Shown one piece after another: positions 47,936 to 58,209 of a stretch of 64,000 nucleotides of DNA. The translations under genes were made by a program, and so were the position numbers. This DNA comes from an uncultured Gemmatimonadales bacterium (GTDB taxonomy: Bacteria > Gemmatimonadota > Gemmatimonadetes > Longimicrobiales > RSA9). How positions within the stretch are numbered: position 1 is the stretch's first letter; every line of letters begins with the position of its first letter. The notes under the pieces were generated by a model, which was not told where the DNA came from, did no database searches, and saw nothing but the letters and a program-made list of their open reading frames with translations. The stretch lies in the NCBI GenBank assembly GCA_963741945.1, contig CAVUKA010000003.1, positions 288,001 to 352,000 of the forward strand. The letters are read 5' to 3'.

Positions 47936-49051
47936 TCAGACGCCGATCCCCTCCTCCACCATGCTCAGGACCCGGTTCGCGATCGCGGTGAACGCGGTCC
48001 CGGCGGGAGAATCGGGGGCGGAAAGGGCCGTGGGCTGGCCGGTGTCGCCGGCGGCCCGGACGGCGATATCGAGCGGTACGTCGCCCAGGAAGGGAATGCC
48101 CATCTCCTCGGCCAGCGCCCGTCCGCCGCCCGTTCCGAAGATGTCGTGGCGCTCACCGCACCCGGGGCAGATGAAACCGCTCATGTTTTCGACGAGGCCG
48201 AGGATATCGGTGTTGACGCGCTCAAACATGCGAACGGCACGGCGCACGTCGGCCGTGGAGACATCCTGGGGGGTGGTGACCATGACCGCGCCATCGAGCT
48301 CGATGGTCTGGGCCAGCGAGAGCTGGGCGTCTCCGGTGCCCGGCGGCAGGTCCACCACCATGATGTCCAGCTCGCCCCACTCCACCTGCTCCAGGAACTG
48401 CTTCAGGATCCCGGTGATGAGGGGGCCGCGCATGATGGCGGGCTGGTCGGACTCCAGCAGGAACCCGAGACTCATGAGCTTCACGCCGTGGGCTTCGAGC
48501 GGGACGATCCGCTCCTGCCCTCGCTCGCCCGCCACCCGGGGACGCCGCGTCTCACCGAACATCTGCGGGATGTTGGGGCCGTAAATGTCGGCGTCCAGAA
48601 GCCCGACCTTCTTGCCTTGCGCGGCGTACGCCACGGCCAGGTTCGCGGCCACAGTGGACTTGCCCACGCCGCCCTTGCCGGAGCTGACGGCAATGAAATG
48701 GCCCACGCCCGGGAGCAGTCCCGTCTGCGGCGTGGGGGCGGGCACGGAGCCCGGGGCCTTCTGACGCTGCGGCGCCGTGCGGGCCTGCTGCGCCTGCGCC
48801 TGCATCGATTGGGGGAGCTGCACGTCGATCTTGACCCGCTCCACCCCGTCCACCGCTTCCACCGCCGCGCGCGTGTCGCGCACCAGCGTACCCGGGTCGT
48901 CGGGCCCCAGCGCGAAGCCGAAGGAGACCACTCCGTCCTCGACGGAGAGCGCCTCGACCTGGGACCCGAGCACGGGTGCGCCCGTGCTGGGGTTGGTCAC
49001 CTCGCTGAGAGCCGCGCGGACCCTCGCTTCCAGTTCACCTGCCATGCCCAT
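47936..49051 (-). CDS. mrp: Mrp/NBP35 (ApbC) Fe-S carrier ATPase
   Basis: SGKGGVGKST, DADIYGP, DLPPGTGD, ENMS..CPGC. Confidence 0.95.
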   Translation of the reverse strand: MGMAGELEARVRAALSEVTNPSTGAPVLGSQVEALSVEDGVVSFGFALGPDDPGTLVRDTRAAVEAVDGVERVKIDVQLPQSMQAQAQQARTAPQRQKAPGSVPAPTPQTGLLPGVGHFIAVSSGKGGVGKSTVAANLAVAYAAQGKKVGLLDADIYGPNIPQMFGETRRPRVAGERGQERIVPLEAHGVKLMSLGFLLESDQPAIMRGPLITGILKQFLEQVEWGELDIMVVDLPPGTGDAQLSLAQTIELDGAVMVTTPQDVSTADVRRAVRMFERVNTDILGLVENMSGFICPGCGERHDIFGTGGGRALAEEMGIPFLGDVPLDIAVRAAGDTGQPTALSAPDSPAGTAFTAIANRVLSMVEEGIGV

Positions 49052-49136
49052 GCCTCGCTATCTCATGAACGAGCGGCCGGCGCCCCGATGGGGGCGGCCG
49101 GCCGTCGAAGATCGGTTCCATTTCCGACTACAGCCT

Positions 49137-49367
49137 TCAGAATGCCTGGACTTCGCGGACCTGCGGCACGGCCGTCAGGATCCTGCGCTCGATTCCCTGG
49201 CGCAGTGTCACATCCGAGATCGGACACTCGCCGCACGCGCCGAGGAACCGCAGCTTCAGCACGCCGGCCGGCTCGTCGAAGGCGACGAACTCCACATCGC
49301 CGCCGTCGGACCGCAGCGCCGGGCGGATGGCCGCCAGCACATCGAGTATCTGCTCCTGCACCTTCAT
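49137..49367 (-). CDS. NifU C-terminal (Nfu) domain protein
   Basis: IRPAL.SDGGD, GACGECP. Confidence 0.92.
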   Translation of the reverse strand: MKVQEQILDVLAAIRPALRSDGGDVEFVAFDEPAGVLKLRFLGACGECPISDVTLRQGIERRILTAVPQVREVQAF

Positions 49368-49441
49368 GACCGCTCCTCGTGCATCCCCCGCGCGGCCACA
49401 GGCCGCCGGGGGATGCTACCCGTCAGGCTCCGAGAGTTTCC

Positions 49442-51061
49442 TCAGGACCCCGCCGGAGGCGTGCGCGCCGGGACGTCATCGCGGTTCCGCTCGGCAATGG
49501 ACTTCGCCTGCGTGAAGAGCAGCAGGTAATCCGGGCCGCCGGCCTTCGAATCGGTCCCGCTCATGTTGAAGCCGCCGAACGGCTGCACGCCCACGAGCGC
49601 GCCCGTGATCTTGCGATTGAAGTACAGGTTGCCCACGTGGAACTCGTCGCGGGCCCGCTCCAGCCGCTCGCGCGAGCAGGAGAAGACGCCACCCGTGAGG
49701 CCATACTCGGTCCCGTTGGCGATCTCGAGCGCGTGATCGAAATCCCGGGCCCTGATGAACGCCAGCACCGGCCCGAAGACTTCCTCCTGCGCGATGCGGG
49801 CGTTCGGGTCGACATCGGCAATGATCGTGGGCGGAATGAAGTACCCGTCCTGGCTCTCATCCACTTCACCGCCGAGTACCAGCCGGCCCTCCTGCTTGCC
49901 GATCTCGATGTACTCGCGGATGCTACGGAACGCGTTCCTGTCGATCACCGCGCCCATGAACACGCCCTTCTGGGAAGGCTCGCCCACGCGGATCTCGTTG
50001 GCGCGCTGGACCACCTTCTCCAGCACTTCATCATAGACCTCGTCGACCACGATGGCGCGGGAGCACGCGGAGCACTTCTGTCCCTGGAACCCGAAGGCGC
50101 CGGCCACGATGGCATCAGCGGCCGCATCCAGGTCGGCCGTCTCATCCACGATCTGGGCGTCCTTGCCGCCCATTTCCAGGATGGTGCGCTTGAGCCACTT
50201 CTGCCCCGGGTTCAGCTTGGCCGCGCGGTCGAAGATCCGCAGTCCCACTTCCTTCGAGCCCGTGAAGGCGATCAGCCGCGTCAGCGGATGGTCGACCAGC
50301 GAGTCCCCGATCTCGCTGCCGGGGCCCGGCAGGAACGCCAGCGCCTTCTTCGGCAGGCCGGCCTCGTGCAGGATCTCCACATACTTGAACGCGATGGCCG
50401 GCGCCGTGGAGGCGGGCTTCAGAACTGCCGTGTTCCCCGTCACCAGCGCGGCGGCGGTCATCCCGCCCATGATGGCCGCCGGAAAGTTCCATGGCGGGAT
50501 CACGAGCGCCACGCCCAGCGGGATGTAGCGGAGCTCGTTCTCCTCGCCCGGGTACTCGACGACTTCCTGCGGACCGCCCAGCTTCATGGTCCAGCGGGCG
50601 TAGTAGTCGCAGAAGTCGATGAGCTCGGCGACATCGCCCACTGCTTCCGTCCAGCTCTTCGAGACTTCGTAGACCATCCACGCCGCCAGGTATGCCTTCC
50701 GCTCCCGCATGATGTCCGCAGCGCGGAAGAAGATCTCGGCGCGCTCCTGGTACGGCGTGTTCTTCCACTCGTTCTCGAAGAATTCCTGCGCGCTCTCGAT
50801 CGCGCGTTCTCCCAGGGCTCGCGTGGCCTGGACGAACCGCCCGATGACCAGCGACGGGTCGGCCGGGCTCGTGGAGTCCTTGAGGTCACCCTCGTGGATC
50901 TCCTCGCCGGCCACGATCAGGGGATAGGTCCGCCCGAGCTCGGAGCGCACCTTCTCGAGTGCGTCCTCCATGAGCCGGACGTTGTCCGCGTCGCTCCAGT
51001 CGTAGTACGGCTCGTTCTTGAACCCTTCGATCCCGATCGGGAGTCCGGTAGCGGTCGCCAT
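49442..51061 (-). CDS. pruA: L-glutamate gamma-semialdehyde (P5C) dehydrogenase
   Basis: FKNEP, PWNFP, FTGS, EMGGK, GQKCSACSR, EEVFGP, QPFGG. Confidence 0.95.
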   Translation of the reverse strand: MATATGLPIGIEGFKNEPYYDWSDADNVRLMEDALEKVRSELGRTYPLIVAGEEIHEGDLKDSTSPADPSLVIGRFVQATRALGERAIESAQEFFENEWKNTPYQERAEIFFRAADIMRERKAYLAAWMVYEVSKSWTEAVGDVAELIDFCDYYARWTMKLGGPQEVVEYPGEENELRYIPLGVALVIPPWNFPAAIMGGMTAAALVTGNTAVLKPASTAPAIAFKYVEILHEAGLPKKALAFLPGPGSEIGDSLVDHPLTRLIAFTGSKEVGLRIFDRAAKLNPGQKWLKRTILEMGGKDAQIVDETADLDAAADAIVAGAFGFQGQKCSACSRAIVVDEVYDEVLEKVVQRANEIRVGEPSQKGVFMGAVIDRNAFRSIREYIEIGKQEGRLVLGGEVDESQDGYFIPPTIIADVDPNARIAQEEVFGPVLAFIRARDFDHALEIANGTEYGLTGGVFSCSRERLERARDEFHVGNLYFNRKITGALVGVQPFGGFNMSGTDSKAGGPDYLLLFTQAKSIAERNRDDVPARTPPAGS

Positions 51062-51130
51062 GATGCCAGCCTTCTCTATGGTTGAGTATTCGTCGTGGTC
51101 GCGCCCGTCGCCCACAGCCGCCTCGCGGCC

Positions 51131-51160
51131 AAGCTACCCGGATCATAGCGGGGGCGTCAA
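51131..51160 (-). promoter_or_regulatory. putative sigma70 promoter of pruA
   Basis: TTGACG-N18-TAGCTT. Confidence 0.45.
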
Positions 51161-51306
51161 CGTCCCGCGAAGCTCCGGAGAGGGCGGAGCGGGTCATCTC
51201 GCCGACAGACCCGTTTTCGCCGCATGCGACCCCGCGCGCCCGGGCACGCCAGAGGCTCGCATCAGAGGACTGTCGCTCGATCGGGAGGGATCTCGCGGCC
51301 GGCGGG

Positions 51307-52407
51307 TCAGCGGACGGGTCGATCCCCGTCCGCACCGCGCAGGCCGTCCGCCTCGAGGTCGATGGGGCGCTCATCGGGAGGGACGCCGAGTGAAATGGGC
51401 GAGGCCGGCGTCTGGCCTCGGTCGCGCAGGATCTCGCGCACGGCGAGGGGTCCATGGTGACGGCCGTCCTCGATGAAGACGGCGTCGGGGCGGTTGCCGG
51501 CGGTGATCACACCGGCGATGAAGATCCCGCGCACATCCGTTTGCATCGTTGCGGGATCGTGCACGGGAACGCCCGTATCGGGATCCACGCTCACGCCCGC
51601 CGCGCGCAGGAGCGACGTGTCGGGGCGGTAGCCGGTCATGGCGAGGACGAAGTCGTTGGGGAAGATCTCGGTGGCGCCGGAGCCGGTGTCGCGGAGCAAC
51701 AGCTCGCTCGGGCGGATCTCCTCCACACGCGTATTCCACCGTACGGCGATCTCACGCTTCTTGAGGCGGTTGGCAATGTCGGGAATGATCCACGGCTTCA
51801 CACCGGGATCGAGGCGATCGAGGAAGTGGATCAGGGTGACGCGGGCTCCCGCGCGCCAGCAGTCGAGGGCGGCCTCGACGGCGGAGTTTCCCGCCCCGAC
51901 CACGGCCACATCCTGGTCGTAGAACGGGTGTGCCTCGGTGAAGTAGTGGTAGACTTTGGGCAGGTCCTCGCCCGGCACTCCCATGTAATTGGGCTGCCCT
52001 GCGTAGCCGGTGGCGACCACCACATTGCGCGCCCGGTGGACCCGTTCCTCGCCCGCGAGCGTGCGGGTCCCGAGGCCGAAGGCGCCCTGCGCCCCGGTCA
52101 GCGATACCACCTCCTCGTACTGCCGGACATCCAGGTCGTACTCCATGGCGACCCGCCGGTAGTACTTGAGCGCGTCCGCCCGGGTGGGCTTGTCCCCGGG
52201 CGTGATGAACGGGACATCGCCGATCTCCAGTCGCTCGGCCGTGCTGAAGAACGTGGCCTGCGTGGGATAGAGCGTGATGGACCGGGTCACGCACCCCTTG
52301 TCGAAGACGGCGCAGCGGAGACCCGCCTGGGTAGCGGCGACAGCGGCGCTCAAGCCGGTCGGGCCCGCGCCGATCACGGCCAGGTCCAGCATATCGTTAT
52401 CGTTCAT
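51307..52407 (-). CDS. ypdA: YpdA-family FAD-dependent (putative bacillithiol) disulfide reductase
   Basis: GAGPTG, FFST...LEIG, KPTR..AL.YY, GNSA, KPWI.PD, FIEDGR.H. Confidence 0.88.
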   Translation of the reverse strand: MNDNDMLDLAVIGAGPTGLSAAVAATQAGLRCAVFDKGCVTRSITLYPTQATFFSTAERLEIGDVPFITPGDKPTRADALKYYRRVAMEYDLDVRQYEEVVSLTGAQGAFGLGTRTLAGEERVHRARNVVVATGYAGQPNYMGVPGEDLPKVYHYFTEAHPFYDQDVAVVGAGNSAVEAALDCWRAGARVTLIHFLDRLDPGVKPWIIPDIANRLKKREIAVRWNTRVEEIRPSELLLRDTGSGATEIFPNDFVLAMTGYRPDTSLLRAAGVSVDPDTGVPVHDPATMQTDVRGIFIAGVITAGNRPDAVFIEDGRHHGPLAVREILRDRGQTPASPISLGVPPDERPIDLEADGLRGADGDRPVR

Positions 52408-54871
52408 TCCCCGATGGGGTGAGATTCAAACGCTCGGTGGCGAGGCGCTCGACGGCCCCGGCTTGCAGCGGCAGGGGGATCAATCCGCCCGTGCGCCACA
52501 TCTCCACCTGGTCGCGGTAGTGGCGGTCGAACGGAATCCCGCCCTGCCCGGTGCCGATGACGAACCCTCCTGCGCCGTCGAGGTTCCCCAGGTCCACGAC
52601 CTCGCGCTCACTGGGACCCGCGGTGGTGGTGAACGGGAAGCTCTCGGCCGGCGACCTGTACGCCCAGTGGGACACATTGACCGTGGTCGGCGATCCGTGG
52701 TGAGGGAACGGGCCGACGTCGAAGCCGAACAGCGCGTCGAGGGCGCGTACGCTCCCGAGGATGTGGCTGTGGACGACGCGGTTCGCCTCGCGCCACGGGC
52801 GATCGGAAAGTGGCGCGGCCTCGCGCATGGCGGCTTCGGCCAGCTCCCGGAACCGGGTCGCCCCGGAATCGGCCCAGGGGAGCGCCCCCCGCTCGAGGAT
52901 GTCCGCCATCAGGGTAGCCGGGAAGTAGGCGGGCGCGCCCCGGTAGAGGTCCTCGGCCACGGCCTGGCGCGTGAGCTCGTTCCAGAGATAGAAGAGCGTG
53001 GCGGCCCGCGAATCGCCGGACGCGCGCGCGTCCCAGCCACGGAGCAGCACCGCCTGAGCGGCCAGACCGGCGTCTTCGGCCGCACGCACCGCGCGTCTCA
53101 GGTAGCGGCGGGCGTAGAGGTCGCCCACGTCGAGCTGCAAGACGTGGATGTCGGCGGCGGTGAGGTCGTGGCGCTGCAGGATCATGTCACGGATGCGCAT
53201 TGCCCGGAAGGGCGATTCCCAGCTCGTGGCGATGAGATCGCCCACGGGAGCGCGGGTCTGGCGGTTGTTGGCCGTGACCACGAACCCGTCAGGGGGGTCC
53301 AGCACGCGCGGGTGCTCGGAAAAGGGGAGCTCGCCCGTCCAGTCCCAATCCCCCGTCCATCCGGGAACGGGGGCGACGGGAGGCGGGCGCCCCGTGCCCC
53401 GCACGGGCACCGTTCCCCCCATGACATAGCCAATGTGACCGGCCGTGTCGGCGTAGACCAGGTTCTGGTGCGGATCATCCATGGCCTCGACGGCGGTCAG
53501 GAATTCCGTCCAGTTCCGGGCGAAGTTCATCCCGATGATGCCGCTGAAGACCGTCCCCGTGCGGTGCGCGGTCCACTGGAGCGCGAGCACGCTGTCGCCG
53601 GAGGCGAGGGAGTCGCCGAGCGGGAGCACGGGTCCATGGCGGGTGCTGCGAACGCGCAGCAGCACCGGATCTTCCCGCCCCTTCACGCGGATCGTGTCGG
53701 TGCGGACCCGGAACGGCTCGCTCCCGCCCGGGACCAGGTAGCGCGTGGAGTCCGCTGGATCGATGCGCTCGATGAAGAGGTCCACGTCGTCCACGTACGC
53801 GTTCGTCATCCCCCACGCCACCGCGGCGTTGTGCCCGATGACCACCAGCGGCGCGCCGGGGATGCTCACGCCCACCACGTCGAGCGGCGGCGATGCGGGA
53901 TCCGGTGACGGCGCGTGCAGTCCCACCAGGTACCACAGGCTGGGGGCCTGGAGCTCCAGGTGCGTGTCATTGGCCAGGATCGGCTTTCCGGAAACGGTCC
54001 TGCGGCCAGCCACGGCCCACGCGTTCGATGCCGCGGCGATGCTGAACGCGTCCAGAAGCGCCGCCGCCATTGACGGCGTCTCCGGCGGCTCGGGCGGGAG
54101 TGGCGCCGCAGCGAGCCCCGCGGCGAGATCGCCGGCGGGGGGGAGCGGCGCGGGCGATGGGGCCATGCCCATTCTCCGATCCGCTTCGGCGGCCCCGTGC
54201 GGCTCGAGGATGGTCGCGCCCCACGCCGGGTACGCTGGAAAGAGATAGCTCGACCGCTCGGGCCCCAACCGGCGGATCGCGCGCGCCACCGCCACGGTTT
54301 CCCCGTACGATGCCAGGGTCAGCGACATCATCTTGGCCACGCCCAGCGTCTGAGCCGGGGTCCAGGGCTCGGGATGGTGGCCGAGTACGAGCAGTTCCGG
54401 AGGCAGGGCGCCCGCGCGGGTCCGGATGGCAGCGTTCACACCGTCGGCATAGGCCTCGAGCCAGGCCTGCTCTCGCGGTCCGAGCTTCGCGGCCGCCGCG
54501 ACGGCGGCATCCCAGATCCCCAGTCGCCGCATGAAGCGATCGGTCTCCAGCGCCTGCGGACCGAGCATCTCCGCCAGTCGGCCCTGGACGGCGTGGCGCG
54601 CGACCTCCATCTGCCAGAGCCGATCCCGGGCGTGAACGTAGCCCTGCACGACCAGGGCGTCATGGACGCTCCCCGCCCGGATGTGGGGAACGGCATGGGC
54701 ATCCCAGAGGACCTGGACAGGGCCTTTCACGCCATCGATCCCGCGGCTCCCGTCCCGTTCCGGAACGGCGGTATGCAGGTAGAGCAGTGCGATGACCAGC
54801 GCCGCGGCCACGAGCACCACCCCACCGGCCGCCACGCGGAGGCCCAGAGCGCGCCCACGACTCCGCTTCAC
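52397..54871 (-). CDS. penicillin acylase family (S45) Ntn-hydrolase
   Basis: N-terminal TM; VPHI, GYVHARDRLWQM, beta-chain start SNAWAV, ANDTHL, TANN; GTG overlapping the upstream stop. Confidence 0.93.
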   Translation of the reverse strand: MKRSRGRALGLRVAAGGVVLVAAALVIALLYLHTAVPERDGSRGIDGVKGPVQVLWDAHAVPHIRAGSVHDALVVQGYVHARDRLWQMEVARHAVQGRLAEMLGPQALETDRFMRRLGIWDAAVAAAAKLGPREQAWLEAYADGVNAAIRTRAGALPPELLVLGHHPEPWTPAQTLGVAKMMSLTLASYGETVAVARAIRRLGPERSSYLFPAYPAWGATILEPHGAAEADRRMGMAPSPAPLPPAGDLAAGLAAAPLPPEPPETPSMAAALLDAFSIAAASNAWAVAGRRTVSGKPILANDTHLELQAPSLWYLVGLHAPSPDPASPPLDVVGVSIPGAPLVVIGHNAAVAWGMTNAYVDDVDLFIERIDPADSTRYLVPGGSEPFRVRTDTIRVKGREDPVLLRVRSTRHGPVLPLGDSLASGDSVLALQWTAHRTGTVFSGIIGMNFARNWTEFLTAVEAMDDPHQNLVYADTAGHIGYVMGGTVPVRGTGRPPPVAPVPGWTGDWDWTGELPFSEHPRVLDPPDGFVVTANNRQTRAPVGDLIATSWESPFRAMRIRDMILQRHDLTAADIHVLQLDVGDLYARRYLRRAVRAAEDAGLAAQAVLLRGWDARASGDSRAATLFYLWNELTRQAVAEDLYRGAPAYFPATLMADILERGALPWADSGATRFRELAEAAMREAAPLSDRPWREANRVVHSHILGSVRALDALFGFDVGPFPHHGSPTTVNVSHWAYRSPAESFPFTTTAGPSEREVVDLGNLDGAGGFVIGTGQGGIPFDRHYRDQVEMWRTGGLIPLPLQAGAVERLATERLNLTPSGNER

Positions 54872-56034
54872 GACAAGGCCCCCAACGCCCCCGCGAGATC
54901 CGCCTGGAGGTCCGCCACATCCTCCACACCGACGGAGAGGCGGACGAACCCGTCGGCGATCCCGGCCGCGCGCCGCTCCTCGGCGGTGATGGCGGCATGG
55001 GAGGTATAGCGCGGCATCGAGGCCAGCGACTCGACGCCACCCAGGCTGGGCGCGACGGCGATGATCCGGAAGCGTTCCAGGACGGCGCGCGCTGCGGCGT
55101 CGCCCCCCCGCACCACGAAGCCGAGCATGCCACCGGATCCGCGGAACAGCCGGGCCGCAGTCTGGTGGTCGGGGTGGTCGGGAAGGCCCGGATAATGGAC
55201 GGCGTCCACAGTCGGGTGGGACACGAGCCAGCGCGCCAGCGTCATGGCCGACGCATTCTGGCGCTCCACGCGTATGGCCAGCGTCTTCAGCCCCCGGTCG
55301 AGCAGCCACAGTCCGTGGGGATCCAGGCTCGGGCCGAACGACTTGAGCCGGGTGCGCACGCGCTCCACGTTCTCCTTCGACCCCATCACTGCCCCGGCCA
55401 CCACGTCCGAGTGGCCGCCCATGTACTTCGTCGCGCTGTGGATGACCACGTCGGCGCCGTGCTCCAGGGGTCGGAAGTTGACTGGCGTGGCGAACGTGGC
55501 ATCCACGACCAGCGGCACTCCGTGCGACCGGGCGACCTCGGCCACCGGGCGGGGATCGGGCACCCGCATGGTCGGGTTCACGGGGATCTCCATGTAGAGC
55601 AGCCGCGTTTCGGGGGTGATCGCGGACGCCCAGTCTCCGGCCGCGGGCACGAACGTGGTGCGAATGCCGAGGCGCGGCAGCTCGTGGCGCAGGAGGGTGA
55701 GCGTGCCGCCGTACAGGGAATCCGCGGCCACGATGTGCTCCCCCGCACCCGCGAACGCCAGCACGGTGAGAGAAATGGCGGCCATCCCGCTCCCCACCGC
55801 GATCCCCGCCTCCGCACCTTCCAGCGCCGCCAGCTTCCGGCCCAGCCGCTCGTAGCCGTCGCTGTTGGCGTAGCGGCCGTAGAGGACCTCGCCTTCGGGC
55901 TCCGGCGCATTGAAGAACGTCGTGCTCGCCACCAGCGGCGCCACCACGGGCTGGCCCGGCGCGCGGGGCGGTGAGCCAGCGTGGACGGCCATGGTGGAAG
56001 GTCCGGGAGAGCGGGTGCCGCTGGTGTCGGTCAT
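54868..56034 (-). CDS. Cys/Met metabolism PLP-dependent lyase (methionine gamma-lyase / cystathionine synthase-like)
   Basis: YGRY, DATFATP, HSATKYMGGHSD, SLGGVESL, RLSVGVE. Confidence 0.92.
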   Translation of the reverse strand: MTDTSGTRSPGPSTMAVHAGSPPRAPGQPVVAPLVASTTFFNAPEPEGEVLYGRYANSDGYERLGRKLAALEGAEAGIAVGSGMAAISLTVLAFAGAGEHIVAADSLYGGTLTLLRHELPRLGIRTTFVPAAGDWASAITPETRLLYMEIPVNPTMRVPDPRPVAEVARSHGVPLVVDATFATPVNFRPLEHGADVVIHSATKYMGGHSDVVAGAVMGSKENVERVRTRLKSFGPSLDPHGLWLLDRGLKTLAIRVERQNASAMTLARWLVSHPTVDAVHYPGLPDHPDHQTAARLFRGSGGMLGFVVRGGDAAARAVLERFRIIAVAPSLGGVESLASMPRYTSHAAITAEERRAAGIADGFVRLSVGVEDVADLQADLAGALGALS

Positions 56035-56209
56035 GGCCGGGCTGGCCTCCGTGGAAGCACATGCGCGCTCGGCGCGTCGGCACGCCGCTGGCGAAGCATG
56101 GAAAAGCTAGGACGGGGGCCAGGCCGTGGCAACGCGCGGTACCATGGAGCGGCACCCTTCGTGCACGGGATTGAAGCGGAGCACGCGGCTTGATGAAGGA
56201 TGAACGCGA

Positions 56210-57640
56210 GTGAGTGCGGGCAGCAGGCAGGAGGCGGTAGAGAGACCGACGACGAGCGTCACACGAGGCAATCCAGACCGGGTCGTGATCATCAGCGACC
56301 TCCACATCGGGGCGGGACGCCAGCCGGACGGGCAGGTGGACCGCCTCGAGCATTTTCACGACGACGCCGAATTCGAGCATCTCGTCGACCGGCTGCGGCG
56401 AAGGGCCGTGCGGCGGGGGCAGCGAGCGGAGCTGGTGCTGAACGGGGACGTGTTCGACTTCGTGCGTACGGTACGGCTGCCGGCGGGCCCGGCGGAGGTG
56501 GCGGAGTGGCGGGCTCTGCTGGAGGAGTCTGACGTGGCCGCGCCGGCGGGAGCGCTCGAAGCGGCGGAGGCGGGTCGCTTCAGTCGGCTTCAGCGTCGCT
56601 ACGGCTACGACTGCGCCGAGCACACGTCCGTCTGGAAGCTCTGGCTCATGTCCCGTGGGCATCCCCGGTTCATGGCAGCGCTGGCTCGCTGGTGCGCGGC
56701 CGGTCTCGGGCTGGTGGTGATTCGAGGCAACCACGACAGCGAATGGGCCTGGCCGGGCGCGCGTCGCGCGCTGCGAGTGCTGCTCCGCCGCGCGGGCTCC
56801 GGGACGCTGGTGCCGGGGCAGCTCCGATTCCGATTGCACGCCTACCGGCGCGCCAACCTCTGGATCGAGCACGGCAACTCGATCCGCTGGTCCACGCGAA
56901 CGGCGGACCTCTTCACCCGGGGGCGGTCGAGGCGCCTGATGGTCCCGGTGGGCTCGCTGATCAACCGCTTCGTCCTGAACCCGCTCGAGCGGCTCCTCGA
57001 TCGGACCCCGAACCTGCCATCATCGCTGCGCCTGAAGCGGCTCGCGGCCACAGAGCCATGGCGCCTCTCGCGCCGGATCCTCGCCAACTCCGTGCGTGCG
57101 CTGCCGGCGTTCGCCGCCGCCAGCTGGCGCGCGTGGTACAACAGGGCCAAGGACTGGTTGCCCGCCCGCATTGGATGGCTCGTCGCCAGTCTCGTCCTGA
57201 TACTCCCCCTGATTTCCAACCGCATCGCCGGAACGCTCGCGCTCGGCTCGGGCTACGCGAGGGCCGGCGCCGCGGCGTTGGCCATTGCGGGGCCGCAGCT
57301 TGGCCTGGCCCTCGTGGAGGTCGTCGCCGCGGTCCGGGACGGCACCCAGCTCCAGGCGAGAAAGTACGCCGTCGAGCAGGCGGCGGAGCGGAGCCGTCGC
57401 TGCGGCGCCGGTGAGCCGCTGGTGGTGCTCGGGCACACACACGCGCCGGAGCTCCGGCGCATCGAGGGGGACAACGGGGCGGTGGTGTACGCGAATCCGG
57501 GGTGCTGGATCGAGAGTCCCGACGGGGAGCCGGCGCCGCGCTTCGTCTGGTGCGCGCTCCAGGATGGGCGGTACGGGCACGCGACCGTGTTCGAGCTTGC
57601 AGGAGAAGAACTGAAATGCCGCACACATTTGAGGATCTGA
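56210..57640 (+). CDS. calcineurin-like metallophosphoesterase with inserted TM hairpin
   Basis: ISDLH, NGDVFD, GNHD, EHG, GHTH, NPGCW. Confidence 0.85.
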   Translation: MSAGSRQEAVERPTTSVTRGNPDRVVIISDLHIGAGRQPDGQVDRLEHFHDDAEFEHLVDRLRRRAVRRGQRAELVLNGDVFDFVRTVRLPAGPAEVAEWRALLEESDVAAPAGALEAAEAGRFSRLQRRYGYDCAEHTSVWKLWLMSRGHPRFMAALARWCAAGLGLVVIRGNHDSEWAWPGARRALRVLLRRAGSGTLVPGQLRFRLHAYRRANLWIEHGNSIRWSTRTADLFTRGRSRRLMVPVGSLINRFVLNPLERLLDRTPNLPSSLRLKRLAATEPWRLSRRILANSVRALPAFAAASWRAWYNRAKDWLPARIGWLVASLVLILPLISNRIAGTLALGSGYARAGAAALAIAGPQLGLALVEVVAAVRDGTQLQARKYAVEQAAERSRRCGAGEPLVVLGHTHAPELRRIEGDNGAVVYANPGCWIESPDGEPAPRFVWCALQDGRYGHATVFELAGEELKCRTHLRI

Positions 57641-58209
57641 CCGCCGGGAGCAGCGCCACGCTGCACCAGCTGTGGGGCGCGGGTGAGGCGCCGGAGCCCG
57701 GAGCGCTCGCCGGCCGGGTCTTCCGCGGCCGGAACACGGCGCTGCTGGCGCGCCTCGCGGGCAACGGCCCGTTCGCCAAAGGGTTCATCCAGACCAGTTC
57801 CGGCCTGGAAGGGTGCAACTTCCCGGCACGCGTGCGGCAGGGCGTGTGGACGGTCGATACCACACGACCATTCGGCTTCTTCCGCGTGACCCGAATGGAC
57901 GAGCCGGGCGACGACGGTCCCCGCAGCGCGCTCCTGATCGACTATGGCCAGGGGCGTCCCGACGCGCTGCGGACGGGCGGCCCGGGGCTGGCGCTACGGG
58001 TGGTCGAGCGGATGGCTCGCCCGCTCCGCGACGTGCTGGTCCGGCCACCGGGCGCGGCCGACGACGTGTATCTGGGACGGGCATTCTTCGGCGCGCGTCG
58101 CCGGCTGCACGTCTCCTATTTCGTGATCGAGTCATGGCGGACGCTGACGGGAGACCATGACGTCAACATCGTGGCGACCGGGAGCGTCGCAGGGAGGACG
58201 GAACCATGA
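57616..58209 (+). CDS. hypothetical protein
   Basis: ATG 57616 with AGGAG SD; FAKGF, PFGFF, LIDYG, LRD, YLGRA; overlaps both neighbours. Confidence 0.75.
   Translation: MPHTFEDLTAGSSATLHQLWGAGEAPEPGALAGRVFRGRNTALLARLAGNGPFAKGFIQTSSGLEGCNFPARVRQGVWTVDTTRPFGFFRVTRMDEPGDDGPRSALLIDYGQGRPDALRTGGPGLALRVVERMARPLRDVLVRPPGAADDVYLGRAFFGARRRLHVSYFVIESWRTLTGDHDVNIVATGSVAGRTEP

Noticed and set aside
41977-56164. Further GG-N10-GC sigma54-like matches (41978, 56079, 56151; also near 3125-3139)
   Set aside because: They deviate from TGGCAC-N5-TTGC or are poorly placed, and are expected by chance at this GC content.
52397-56872. 1491-aa ORF as a giant fusion protein
   Set aside because: Only 52397-54871 is penicillin acylase-like. 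The upstream part is an open alternative frame over the PLP lyase and antisense to the phosphoesterase, typical of high-GC DNA.
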